From NCBI RefSeq assembly GCF_004010195.1, contig NC_057718.1, positions 86,920,139 through 86,984,138 on the forward strand: a DNA stretch of 64,000 bases, read 5' to 3'. Numbering within the stretch: position 1 is the first letter of the stretch; every line of letters starts with the position of its first letter. This document shows positions 52,951 through 64,000 of the stretch, piece by piece. The notes beneath the pieces are model-generated. The model made no database searches, was not told where the DNA came from, and was given only the letters and a program-made list of their open reading frames with translations. Made by a program: the position numbers and the translations under genes. The DNA comes from Chiloscyllium plagiosum (taxonomy: Eukaryota).

Positions 52951-53461
52951 AGCTAGGAAGGGAAGCGTAGTACACCAGAAATAATATAGAGGATTCAGTC
53001 CAAGGCAACCTTGTCATCACTGAACTAATGGTACATTTAATAGCTCAAAGACTTAGAATGCCTTATCATGTCTCAATTAATGGTTTCAACAACCTGTGAG
53101 ATTTTGGCACTTGTGTTTATCTGGGCAGGTATCTCTACTGCAACTGATTTAAATTGCAGAAAGAAATAAGGAGAAGGACTCACAAATTACCTTCTCAAAA
53201 CCTTGTTTGAACTGTCAACAGTTTTACATTTATAACACTTTATCTTACAACAAGCATAAAAAAATTGACTATTAAAATTCATACAGTGTTCTTTAAGAAC
53301 CCAAGTAGTCCTTTATTTCATGAATGTTTATGTCGGCAGCATTTGTTCCTCTTCTTAATAACTGACTGTATTTATTGAGGTTGACTTTCCGGAAGTACTT
53401 GTGAAGTGGTGAGTTTAACGTCATCCATCTTGACCTGTGGTCATCTCTTCTTTTTCTTCAG

Positions 53462-53630
53462 TACTACTTCATTTGTTCTGAGCTGTGGAGGTACAGGAGG
53501 AATTACTGAATCCAGAAAAAGTCGATATCCACTCTGGCCGGAGTGGAATGAAGCGGATGTGAATGCTGAGAAATGGGACTTAGCCAAACCAATTAAAGAA
53601 AAGGACAAAGCTGTAAAAAGTCCAAGTCTG
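53462..53630 (+). CDS. ADGB: Androglobin internal coding exon (equivalent to human exon 2)
   Basis: Strong acceptor tcttctttttcttcag|. Encodes TTSFVLSCGGTGGITESRKSRYPLWPEWNEADVNAEKWDLAKPIKEKDKAVKSPSL, closely resembling human ADGB KKGKFPLWPEWSEADINSEKWDAGKGAKEKDKTGKSPVF (recalled). Donor CTG|GTCAGT. ADGB also lies downstream of RAB32 in human. Confidence 0.88.
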
Positions 53631-53849
53631 GTCAGTTAATCAATTACACCAGTATGTTTTGTTAAAAAAAAATCATGATCTTTTACTGATCTTTTAACAT
53701 CTGACTCTTATTACAAGTGTTGTATACCCAGATACAGGTCATTAGTTATCCTTAGATATAGGTGATTTTGGCATGTCAGCAATTGAACATGTCCATTTTG
53801 AAACTTCTAATAGTCAACCCATTTATTGCTGCAGGCTTTTCCTTGATTC

Positions 53850-55340
53850 AAGACTGAAGCCTACTCAAGGTAGATCTTCAGCCATGGATCTTCATGTGCT
53901 CGAGCAAACTGATTTTCAACCCAGTGATCTTTGGGCATTTGGTGTCAATGGTGATGGGATCTGGAGTGCAGGATTTTCTCCCTTTTCATTCTTACTCTGC
54001 CACTGCTGTCCCTCATCATCAAGACATGACTCAAAGCATCTTGCAAATTGATGGATAAGTTTTTGCTATTTTGAATGATTGGTAACAAGCTCCACCCAGT
54101 CATTATCAATGTTGTCAGGCTTATAGGGGAGCTTCAGAATGCTATTGGAGCATTTTCTTTGTCTTCCTCTGAAATATTAACCATTTGAGAGTTGAATTAA
54201 TACTGTCACCAAAGGGCAGTTGATCTTTGAGGTAAATAGCCACTGTCAGATAGATTGTAAATGATAAGGGGTTTTCACATAGCTTTGTTTGACCCCTGTG
54301 TAGATTTTGAAGGTATTGTTTTAGAGCTCCCAATCAAGACAGTTGCAGTGTTTTTATTATTTAGCAATTGCAGAATTGAGATGAAGTTTCTTGGACTTTT
54401 GGAACACAATCCACGGAACCTCATGTGAGTGAAATATTTAATCACTGAATCAAATACTTTGGTCTGGTCATTGAAGGTAGTCAAGAGTTCCTGTTATTGT
54501 TATCAGTCTTCTTGTCTGTCAAGAAAGACTGTGTTGGAGGCTTCTCTGGTGGGTTGAAAGCCATATTGTGTCTCTGGGATGACTTCCTGTGCCGCAGGAT
54601 GTTTGTGTTGAGGAGATTGTGTGTTAAGGTTTTCTTTGTGATTGACAAGAGTTAAATACCTTGATGGTTACCACACAATGATTTATTTCCCTTCGTAAAG
54701 GTAATTATAATTGTTGCATTCCTGAAGTTGATGTGAGGAAGATCTTTATCCTTTCAAATCTGTAAGATGAGTGCATGAAGTCCTGATGTGAGCAAATGTC
54801 TATCATCTTTGAAGACTGTACCATTAGAGCCAAGACTTTGTTGTTTTTCATTGATTGATTGCTTGTTGCATGACCCCAATGACTTCTTACCAAAGGGAGT
54901 TGGATATAGCCTGGACAATATCAGCTGGCACTGTGAATCAACCAGGTTCATGGTTGTTGATTTTTTGGAAATGTTCTTCCTACCATTGTGAGGTGGTGTT
55001 CCCATCTTTAAGAAGCAAAACACAATTCTGTGAGTGAAAGGGATTTCATAGAGGTGAGCACTACTGCATCTCCCAGGTCACTCAAGCCCTACTTGGCAAA
55101 AGTTGGGTACAATCTGCAATTCCAAGCACAGGTCTCACAGGCACATAGGGCAGTGAGTTTCACTTCTGCAAGATATCCTCAGGGTCAGGGCATCAGTGAT
55201 TGCTTCTACTTAGTTCAGTAATCCACCCACTGAGTGCCAGTAAAATTTTCTCATTGGTCAATTGATCTGCGACTGCACAAAAGAATTTCTTGCCTGTGTA
55301 CATTAATTTTCATGCCGAGTGCCACCGGCTCATCATCCTC
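53850..55340 (-). mobile_element. Degenerate RTE-clade LINE ORF
   Basis: Minus-strand remnants of KG.KS.CGNHQGI.LLSIT, IPETQYGF, QE..Q..Q.LL..FNDQTKVFDSV and GVKQ motifs. Confidence 0.65.
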
Positions 55341-56456
55341 TGTCAATCCAGGCTGCCATAGCTGAAGCCCTCCCACCCTAAAAGAAAACACTGAATAATT
55401 TGTATGAGACTAGGGTTATCAGTTGAAGAAATGGCTACCCAGTCCTTTACAAGACCCAAGACCAGAGTTCCCCTGCTTGGACAAGTCAGGTGGTACCCTA
55501 CAGCACACTCCTACACATCTCAGACATCATAGAGGCCTGCTGAACTCTCCATAGCATGGTGTAGACTTTAGGAAGGGTCCCCTTGTAAAATATGACAGTT
55601 CTTGCTCAGGTGTCTCTGCTTCTGGTGGTTGCCTTGGTGCTGCCAGGATCTGTCCATTCAACTTCATTTCAGAACCTCTGGGACACAAAGAAACAAAAAC
55701 TAGCATGAAACTCCTAAATGCAGTTTTAATATGCTGCCAGATAGGATGAAGTGCTCTCAATCTGCCTACTTTTAAGACTGCAAAATCTATCCAATTTTTC
55801 CGTCCAGAATTCCCATCTTGGCAGGAGCAGGGTGAGGGGCTGGAAATTTCCATAGCTCCCTAATCCATGCAAATATCAAATGTGACACTTCTTCCCCATC
55901 AGCACCATTACCTTTTCTTCCAAAGATAAGAGATAAGGCACCCCTCGTCCCTATTACCAATGCTATTGGCTAATTGACGTATCAGCTCTGACATATTCTA
56001 AATATTGCATTGGCTCTGAGTCTTAACGGTAGACTGGCAGGAGGTTGGAAGAACACAGCAAGCCAGGCAGCATCAGGAGGTGGAGAAGTCGATGTTTGGA
56101 GGAGCAGTAGTTAACCTGAGCACAAGTTCCTCCATGTTCAGGAGCAACTTCCATCCTTGAGCTCCGCATATGGTGTGCCTACAGTGATTGAGTTCCTAGG
56201 GGCCTGGCTTAAGAGTCAGACATAGCATTCACTTCACTAGAAAAGTAAAGGAAATTGATCTTTTTCTGCTCTGACCCAAGTCCCTCCTCACCACATTTGT
56301 CTGCTAATGATCTCATCAACCTCTCGCCAGACAAGCTTGGGTGGGACGGTCACCTTCTCCGAGGTAAAAACAATGACTGCAGATGCTGGAAACCAGATTC
56401 TGGATCAGTGGTGCTGGAAGAGCACAGCAATTCAGGCAGCATCCGAGGACAGGCAA

Positions 56457-56492
56457 ATTCGACGTTTCGGGCAAAAGCCCTTCATCAGGAAT
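56457..56492 (-). ncRNA. Intact minimal hammerhead ribozyme motif in PLE pseudo-LTR
   Basis: AUUC-CUGAUGA-A-GGGC-UUUU-GCCC-GAAACGUC-GAAU: 4-bp stem I, 4-bp stem II, complete catalytic core, GUC cleavage triplet. Confidence 0.8.
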
Positions 56493-56542
56493 AAAGGCAG
56501 AGAGCCTGAAGCGTGGAGAGATAAGCTAGAGGAGGGGGGGGG

Positions 56543-57019
56543 NNNNNNNNNNNNNNNNNNNNNNNNNNNNNNNNNNNNNNNNNNNNNNNNNNNNNNNNNN
56601 NNNNNNNNNNNNNNNNNNNNNNNNNNNNNNNNNNNNNNNNNNNNNNNNNNNNNNNNNNNNNNNNNNNNNNNNNNNNNNNNNNNNNNNNNNNNNNNNNNNN
56701 NNNNNNNNNNNNNNNNNNNNNNNNNNNNNNNNNNNNNNNNNNNNNNNNNNNNNNNNNNNNNNNNNNNNNNNNNNNNNNNNNNNNNNNNNNNNNNNNNNNN
56801 NNNNNNNNNNNNNNNNNNNNNNNNNNNNNNNNNNNNNNNNNNNNNNNNNNNNNNNNNNNNNNNNNNNNNNNNNNNNNNNNNNNNNNNNNNNNNNNNNNNN
56901 NNNNNNNNNNNNNNNNNNNNNNNNNNNNNNNNNNNNNNNNNNNNNNNNNNNNNNNNNNNNNNNNNNNNNNNNNNNNNNNNNNNNNNNNNNNNNNNNNNNN
57001 NNNNNNNNNNNNNNNNNNN
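56543..57019. other. Assembly gap (N run) inside a Penelope-like element
   Basis: N run flanked on both sides by parts of the same PLE. Confidence 1.
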
Positions 57020-59454
57020 GGAAATGTTGGCGGATGATTTGGTTTATGCGAAGGTTGGTAGGGTGGAAGGTGAGCACCAGGGGTGTTCTGTCCTTGTTGC
57101 GGTTGGAGGGGTTGGGTCTGAGGGCGGAGGTGCGGGATGTGGATGAGATGCGTTGGAGGGCATCTTTAACCACGTGGGAAGGGAAACTGCTGTCTCTGAA
57201 GAAGGAGGCCATCTGGTGTGTTCTATGGTGGAACCGCTCCTCCTGGGAGCAGATACGGCGGAGGCGGAGGAATTGGGAATACGGGATGGCATTTTTGCAA
57301 GAGGTAGGGTGGGAAGAGGTGTAATCCAGGTAGCTGTGGGAGTCGGTGGGTTTGTAGAAGATGTCAGTGTCAAGTCGGTCGTCACTGATGGAGATGGAGA
57401 GGTCCAGGAAGGGGAGGGAGGTGTCAGAGATGGTCCAGGTAAATTTCACCTTCTCCTGCTATCCTCTGAAAGGAGGCCCTTCTTTGTCACCCTTACTTCC
57501 TCAAGGTGTGTGTTAGCTCTATGCCTGGTGCCATCCCTCTGCCTTTCTTCTCGAATCACTTCTACTTTAATTCATTTAGTAAAGTGACTGCACAATAACA
57601 GCCAGTAATGTGTTCAAATCAAGTGCCACTTACTCAATCCTGCCTCCATTCCGACCACCATGGCTACCATTTGGCCACTCTATCCACCCTCCAGGGAATT
57701 AGCAGACTATCTCCATGAACATTTGAGGGCTGGAACCATTACCAATGATGCAAATAATATACAAAAAAATTTTTCACTCAGTAAGTAGTTAGGGTATGGA
57801 ATGCATTGCCTGAAAATGTGGTAGAGGCATGTTCAGTTGAGGCAGTAACTCATTTAGGCTTCATCAATTTCACCTCTCAAACTGGACAAAGATTTGTGCA
57901 TCGGAACAGTATGAAGGCCAAATGAAATATCATTCTGACTTGATTGCATATCTCCATAGTTTCATTGTTACTGTGTCAAAATGCTGAACTTCTTTCCCTG
58001 ACTGCACTGAGCGTATCATTTTTTTGAGTAACTTTACCACACAAAGTGAAGCAGTTGAAGAAGGCGACTTATGATCATCTGTTAAAAGGAGGGACAATAA
58101 ATGTTATTTGTGAAAGTCACATCTGAGAATAGTTATTTAAATAATGTATTTGTTAAAGAAAATCTTTCTGAGTACGGATTCAAAATTTTGTTACTTTGTG
58201 CTCTTTTAAATGAAATTAGTTTAGGTCAAGGAATTAATTACGATCATAATAAATAACTTCATTAAATTTTATATATATGATACCAACATTCTCTTGCCCA
58301 AACAGAAGACATTTTCTTTTATTTGTTCATGTAATGTGGGCATTGCTGGTCAGATTCACTGCCTGCTATGACAAGATCTGAAGTCTTGTCCCTAAAATTT
58401 TGTGGATTAATAGACCAGTGAAATTATGACTATGCCACTGCCTCCCCCAAGTATATGACAACATGCTAGAGATTAAAACTATAGAACAAATTCATTGAAG
58501 CAGATATGGAGATGAAAATCTATAAATTACAAGTGATATCGTTTCTAAAATTTGCAAAATTAAAGTCAATTATTGACCCAGATTTTCATACCTCTGTCTG
58601 TGACAATACAGGTAGGATGTGGGGCTGGGGGTCAGCTAAAGTGGGCATGGGATTTGTAGTCCCATTCCCATTTTTGCCATTTTACCCATTCACTGATTAA
58701 GGATGCACGCATGATTTCTAAAAGGAATAACTCTATCAGAGACCTGTTTCCACAACTACAGAGAGCACTTGACTTTGTTTGATTGACATCTTTATGTGAT
58801 TCAAATAAGTTATGTTTCTGTGATTTCTGTTGTCAATGACTGTTTACAAAATATTAGGTGGTGTGAGGTGGCTACAACTTTTGTTATTGCTATCTTAATG
58901 GTTTGTTTGATGGACACTTTTATAGCATCATAAGAACATAATTTTTTTCTGAAGATTATGAATGAATGTTCTTGTTTTCTAAACAGTTTCACACTTACCA
59001 TTTTTACTGTAAGGTTCATTGGTTCTGGCGAATTAACATGGAAGGCCCTGTGAATTCGCAGCATGTGGGCGTCATTGGGATGCATGAATTGACACTGAAT
59101 TTGCATGAGAAGTATGTGGGAGAACTGGAGCAGTAAGTGTTAGAGTGCTTAAAATGCAACCAAACAACTGGGAAGAAGTACCAGAGTACTGAGGCAGTCT
59201 TTTAGTCAGGCCATACAAATTCTTGATCACTAATGTAACTCCCCCTGTTCTGCTTTCAAGTATGGCTGGCCCAACTGTATCCTGCATCTGCTCTCACTTT
59301 CTCCCAAAGCAAAACTTGCACCATTTTTGTGAACCTTTCCACTCAGATGGGAACAGCAAGGTTGGAAATTTCTGAACTTGAGCTACCTGTCAGTTGCAAC
59401 AATCTGAGTCCATGTCTTTGAAGATTTGCGAAAGATCATTTTAATTTCAAGAAC

Positions 59455-59720
59455 ATTAGTCATGGGATGTGAGCATGACTGCTAGGCTAGTATGTTTTGG
59501 CCATCCTTAATTAAGAGTCAACCACATTGCGTAAGTCTAGAGTCACTTGTAGGTCAGGCCTTCACATAAGGACACCAGAGAACCAGCTGAGTTTTCTCTA
59601 CAATTGACAGGAGTTTCACAGTCACCATCAGACTTTCAATTTCAGAACTTTTAATTGAATTTTGCCACCATGGCAGGTGTTGGAATTTGAACCCGGGTCT
59701 CTGCATTAGTTTAGCAATTA
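59455..59720 (-). mobile_element. tRNA-headed bipartite SINE
   Basis: The reverse complement has B box gggttcaaattcc. Same body and tail as 26700-27050. Confidence 0.7.
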
Positions 59721-59963
59721 AACCCCAAGGCCATAATTTTGCCAATGGATTAGGTTATCTCGAGAATGGTTTTGTTGCATGGCGACTATCAAAAATCACG
59801 TTTCAAGATGTCATTTTATCAAAGTCAGTACATACGCAGCATTATTGTGATTCATTAAAACCTCAGAAAATAGTTAATTCAGAAAGGATACAACATTTAA
59901 CTGTGATGAGGACGAGTCAGTGTCTTCCGAAAAAGAGACAACTACAATACCAAAAAATCACAT

Positions 59964-61267
59964 ACAGAAACAGAGGTTGCTGGAAAAGCTCAGCAGGTCT
60001 GGCAGCATCTGTGAAGAGAAATTAAAATTAATGTTTTGGGTCCAGTGGTCCATCTGAGAACTGATGGTAGCTAGGAAAATGTTGGTTTATGTGCAGAAGA
60101 CAAGTTGGGTGGGGAGATAAGGAGTAAACGATTGGTAGGGTTAGAGCCAAAGTGAGAGAAAAACATTTGGACAGACAAAGGAGTCGATAACAATCTGGCT
60201 GGGAGGATGAATAACTGTTAATGGAGACTGTTAGTGGCAAACAATAGGTAGTGTGTAATGGCAGACTATGTGATAGCAAGGTCTGGTGTCTGTGTGGTAG
60301 GGGGCTAAGACATGAAGGAGTTCAAGCCCTAAAATTATTGAACTCGATATTGAGTCCGGAGGGATTGCATGTCCATGATAAAGAGAAGGCAGTTGGAGCC
60401 TGCAAACTGGAAATTTCAAAACTGGCATAAAGTGTCAGAGGAATCACGAATGTATATGGGCAGGCAGTGGACCAGGGGAGAAAAGATTGAGTCAAGGGAT
60501 AAAGAGAAGAGTTCTGTGGGGCAGGAACAGCTGAAACAATGGTCTGCCTGGGCAGTCCTGTTTGTGGATTTTTCATAAGGAGGTAGAAGTGATCTGTGTG
60601 GGGCTAGGGGACTATCAGCTTGGAGGCAGTTGGGAGGAGATTGCCAGATGGAATGAGGTCAGTGACTGTCATTGATGCAGTGGCCTGGTGTGCCATGATG
60701 GGGTCATGGTCCAAAGGAAGATAGGAGGGGGTATCTGAGAGCTAGAGGTAAATATGCCAGACTACAACAGCATCACCTTTATCCGCAGGCTTAATAGCAA
60801 AGTCAGAGTTGAATTTAAGCACACAAAGTGCAGTCAGTTTGGAGGGAGATAGGTTGGATTGGGTGAGGCTGGGAGAGAAATTCAGTGACCAATGTCACAT
60901 TGACACACACACCAGGCCTTGTTATCACGCAGTCTGCCATAATATGATGCCTATTGTTAGCTACTAACAGTCTCCATTAACAGCTATTCACCCTCACAGC
61001 CAAATCGTTATTGATTCCTTTGTCTGTCCAACTGTTTTCTCTCTTTGAGCTCTATTCCTATCAATTGTTAACTTTCCCCTCCCCCACCCTATCTTTTGTA
61101 TATAATCTGACATTATCCGAGCTACCTATCAGTTCTGAGGAAGGGTCACTGCACCTGAAACATTAATTTTGATTTTGCTTCACAGATGCTGCCAGGCCTG
61201 TTGAGCTTTTCCAGCAACCTTTGTTTCTGTTTCTGATTTAGAGCATCTGTAGTTCTTTTGGTTTCAC
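59964..61267. mobile_element. PLE with inverted pseudo-LTRs
   Basis: Minus-strand pLTR from 59964 and plus-strand pLTR at about 60905-61267. 10-bp TSD aaaatcacat at 59954-59963 and 61268-61277. Confidence 0.8.
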
Positions 61268-61607
61268 AAAATCACATGCTGTTTTCAGGTATGAAAAATG
61301 AAATTCTAAACCCGCTTGTGATTTTCATTTTACTATGTTTAGAATATGTATTTCTGTTAGAAAGGTAGAGGATCAAAAGGTTCCTCATTTCAAAAGCATT
61401 ATTAAATTTACTCGCAACGAATAAGCTACATTGAGATCACTTCCACTTTCTGAACCCACCAATACAGTTGAATCATCCATTTCTTTCCAATTATAGAGAC
61501 GTTTACATAACCTTGCCCCCTTTCCTCCTGCCTCCTCTCAGTCTGAAAATCTGGTCGAGTGATTTATGAAACTAGGTACCAAATCTGACTTGATCAATCT
61601 CTTCTGT

Positions 61608-62900
61608 GGGAGACAATGGCCTCAGGGAATATTGCTGGACTATTAATCCAGAAATTCGCCCTCACAGCCAAATCGTTATTGATTCCTTTGTCTGTCCAAC
61701 TGTTTTCTCTCTTTGAGCTCTATTCCTATCAATTGTTAACTTTCCCCTCCCCCACCCTATCTTTTGTATATAAACTGACATTATCCGAGCTACCTATCAA
61801 TTCTGAGGAAGGGTCACTGCACCTGAAACATTAATTTTGATCCTATTAATCCAGAAATTCAGCCAATGTTCTAGGGATCCGCATTCAAATCCAGTCATGT
61901 CAGATGGTGGAATTTGAATTCCATAAATATCTGGAATTAAGTGCCTAATGATGACTATGAAACCACTGCCAATTGTTGGGAAAAGCCCATTTATGGAAGG
62001 AAATCTACCATCCTCACTTTTTCTGGTCTACACGTGATTTCATATCCACAGCAATATGGTTGATTCTCAACTACCCTCTGAAATGCCACTCGGTTGCATA
62101 AATCTTGATAGAGTTTCAAAAAAATAAATGAAACCAGAGAGACCATCTAGCATCAACCTCAGTACTGGAAAAGACAATGGCAGAAGCAGCTCTGTTGACC
62201 CTGCAAAATCCTCCTTACTAACATCTGGGGGCTACTGCCAAAAATGGGACAGCTGTTTCACAGACTAGTCAAGCAACAGCCTGACATAGTCGTACTCATG
62301 GAATCATACTCAACAGACATTGTTGCAGACATCATCATGACCATACTTGGATATGACCTGTCCCATGGCAAGACAGGCACAGAAGAGCTGGTGGCACAGT
62401 GGTATACAGTCGAGAGGGAGTTGTTCTTGGAGTCCTCAACATGGACTTCAAATCCCATGAAGTCTAATAGTATCCGGTTAAACAGGGTGAAAAAATTTCC
62501 CGTTGATTACTGTGAACCGTTCTCCCTCATCTGATGAATTTGTTCTCCTCCATGTTGAATAACACTTGAAGGGTGCGCTGAGGATGGCAAGATTACAGAA
62601 TGTATTCTGGGTGGGGTATTTCAATGTCCACCATTGAGTGGCTTGGCAGAAGCACTACTGATCAAGTAGTCAGGACCTGTAGGACATAGTTGCAAGACTG
62701 AGGGAACCAACAAGAAGGAAAAATGTGAATCAAAAATAGAAATTGCTGGAGAAACTCAGCACAAGTGGCAGCAACTGTGGAGAGCGAGCAGAGTTAATAT
62801 TTTAAGTCCAGTGACTCTGCTTCAAAACTGAGGAAATAACATTCTTGACCTGATCCTTAACAATCTGCCTGCTGCAGGTGCATCTGTCCATTGCATTATT
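61608..62900 (+). mobile_element. tRNA-headed LINE 5' part with APE endonuclease
   Basis: The SINE-like head is followed directly by GQLFHRLVKQQPDIVVLMESY...TILGYDLSH, LWVGYFNVHH and NILDLIL endonuclease motifs. Confidence 0.72.
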
Positions 62901-62914
62901 GGTAAGAATGTATG

Positions 62915-63408
62915 TCTGTGCATGGAACCACACAAGCTGGATGAGATCCGAAATGAGTATTTTGCATCAGTATTCAACATGGAGAAAGAAATGGGAGCTA
63001 GAGAACTTGGAAGTAAATACTGATGTCTTGAAAAAAATTCCACATTACAAAAGAGGAGGTGCTGGTGATCTTAAAATGCATTAAGGTAGATAAATACCTC
63101 GGACCCGATCAAAAATGTATCCCAGGATATTGTGGGAAGTTAGGGAAGAAATTGCAGGGCACCTAGTGGAAATATTTGTATTAGCATGACCACTGATCAG
63201 GTGCCAGAAGACTGGAGGGTGGCTTCTGTTGTACCCTAATTTAATAAAGGCCAGGGAACTGCAGACCGGCAGTAGTGGATAAGTCATTGGAGGGGATTCT
63301 GAGAGACATAATCTATATGCATTTGGGTTAGTTAGAATGGACTTTAGCAAGGCCTTTGATAAGCTTCCGCATGGTATACTGGTTAGTAAGAATGGATCAC
63401 ATGGGATC
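62915..63408 (+). mobile_element. CR1 RT N-terminal fragment
   Basis: Colinear with 21950-22550 (tattttgcatcagt...ggtgccagaagactggagggtggc...gactttagcaaggcctttgataag). Confidence 0.8.
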
Positions 63409-64000
63409 ATTTCTGTTTTCAGCAGCAGGAGGAGCGGGAGCTTGGACCAGGGGCCGCAGGGAAAGGTGAGTCACTAATCTAAATCTTTAAAACCTTATCT
63501 TGAGCATCGGAATCTTCTATTTCTGTTTTCAGGAAGAACGGGAGCTTGGACCAGGGGCCTATCGGGAAAGGTGAGTCACTAATTTAATTCTTTACATCTG
63601 ACATCAGATAGCAGAGGTTTCTGGGAAAGGAGGTACTTTTTTCCACTCAGCTATATAAGTGGGTGTTTTCTAAACCAAGACCTTACCCTTGTAGGGCCTC
63701 CCACCCATCCATCTTCTCTAACCATAAACACCAGCGACACATCAGGTAAGCTTCTCTTCTGTTTTTACTTTCTATGATAAGGGGACTAGCAGGGACCGCA
63801 GTGCAAGGAGAGAAATGTTCCTCCTGCATGATGTTTGAGGTGAGGGACACCATTAGTGTCCCATCTAAGAACATCTGCAGGAATTGCACCCAACTCTTCC
63901 TCCTCCAAGACCGCGTTAGGGAACTGGAGCAGGAGCTGGATGAACTTTGAATCATTCGAGAAGCAGAGTCTGTGATAGATAACAGTTACAGGGAAGTTGT
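63409..64000 (+). mobile_element. 5' end of a CR1 LINE: tandem-repeat 5' UTR and disabled ORF1
   Basis: 110-bp tandem units, then KCSSCMMFEV...NICRNCTQLFLLQDRVRELEQELDEL*IIREAESVIDNSYREV (CxxC...CxxC plus coiled coil, CR1 ORF1). Runs off the window. Confidence 0.8.

Larger units (their letters stand above)
56361..57445 (-). mobile_element. Young 5'-truncated Neptune-like PLE spanning a gap
   Basis: Intact frame KFTWTISDTSLPFLDLSISI...FYKPTDSHSYLDYTSSHP..CKNAIPYSQFLRLRRICS (PLE RT thumb). 11-bp TSD tcaccttctcc at 56350-56360 and 57446-57456. Confidence 0.93.

Noticed and set aside
53386..53397. ETS-like CCGGAAGT motif upstream of the ADGB exon
   Set aside because: An isolated short motif with no CpG island or other promoter evidence.
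61497..61570. LPPFLLPPLSLKIWSSDL resembling ADGB ELPPSLKIYSWKRP
   Set aside because: Lacks FEDPEGK and WKRP and ends in an in-frame stop. Probably coincidental.

Overview
This is vertebrate genomic DNA, almost certainly from a cartilaginous fish (shark-type HE1/V-SINEs, HER1/CR1 LINEs and Deu-domain SINEs), with three assembly gaps. It holds the complete 3-exon RAB32 coding sequence on the + strand (1123-1342, 18454-18734, 30525-30674; 216 aa, WDIAGQE motif, C-terminal CC). Downstream is an internal coding exon of androglobin (ADGB, 53462-53630), matching the RAB32-ADGB order seen in human. Most of the rest is transposon-derived. The most notable material is a dense set of Penelope-like element (PLE) insertions of two families that carry minimal hammerhead-ribozyme cores (CTGANGA-stem-GAAACGTH), inverted pseudo-LTRs and 10-16 bp target-site duplications (TSDs), including tiny non-coding palindromic versions. 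Other observations: a 183-bp locally templated insertion with an 18-bp TSD, a tRNA-headed LINE with matching bipartite SINEs, a CR1 5' UTR made of tandem splice-site cassettes, nested MITEs, and substitutions at two functionally studied RAB32 positions. Repeat family names come from recognition, not a database search, and repeat boundaries without TSDs are approximate.
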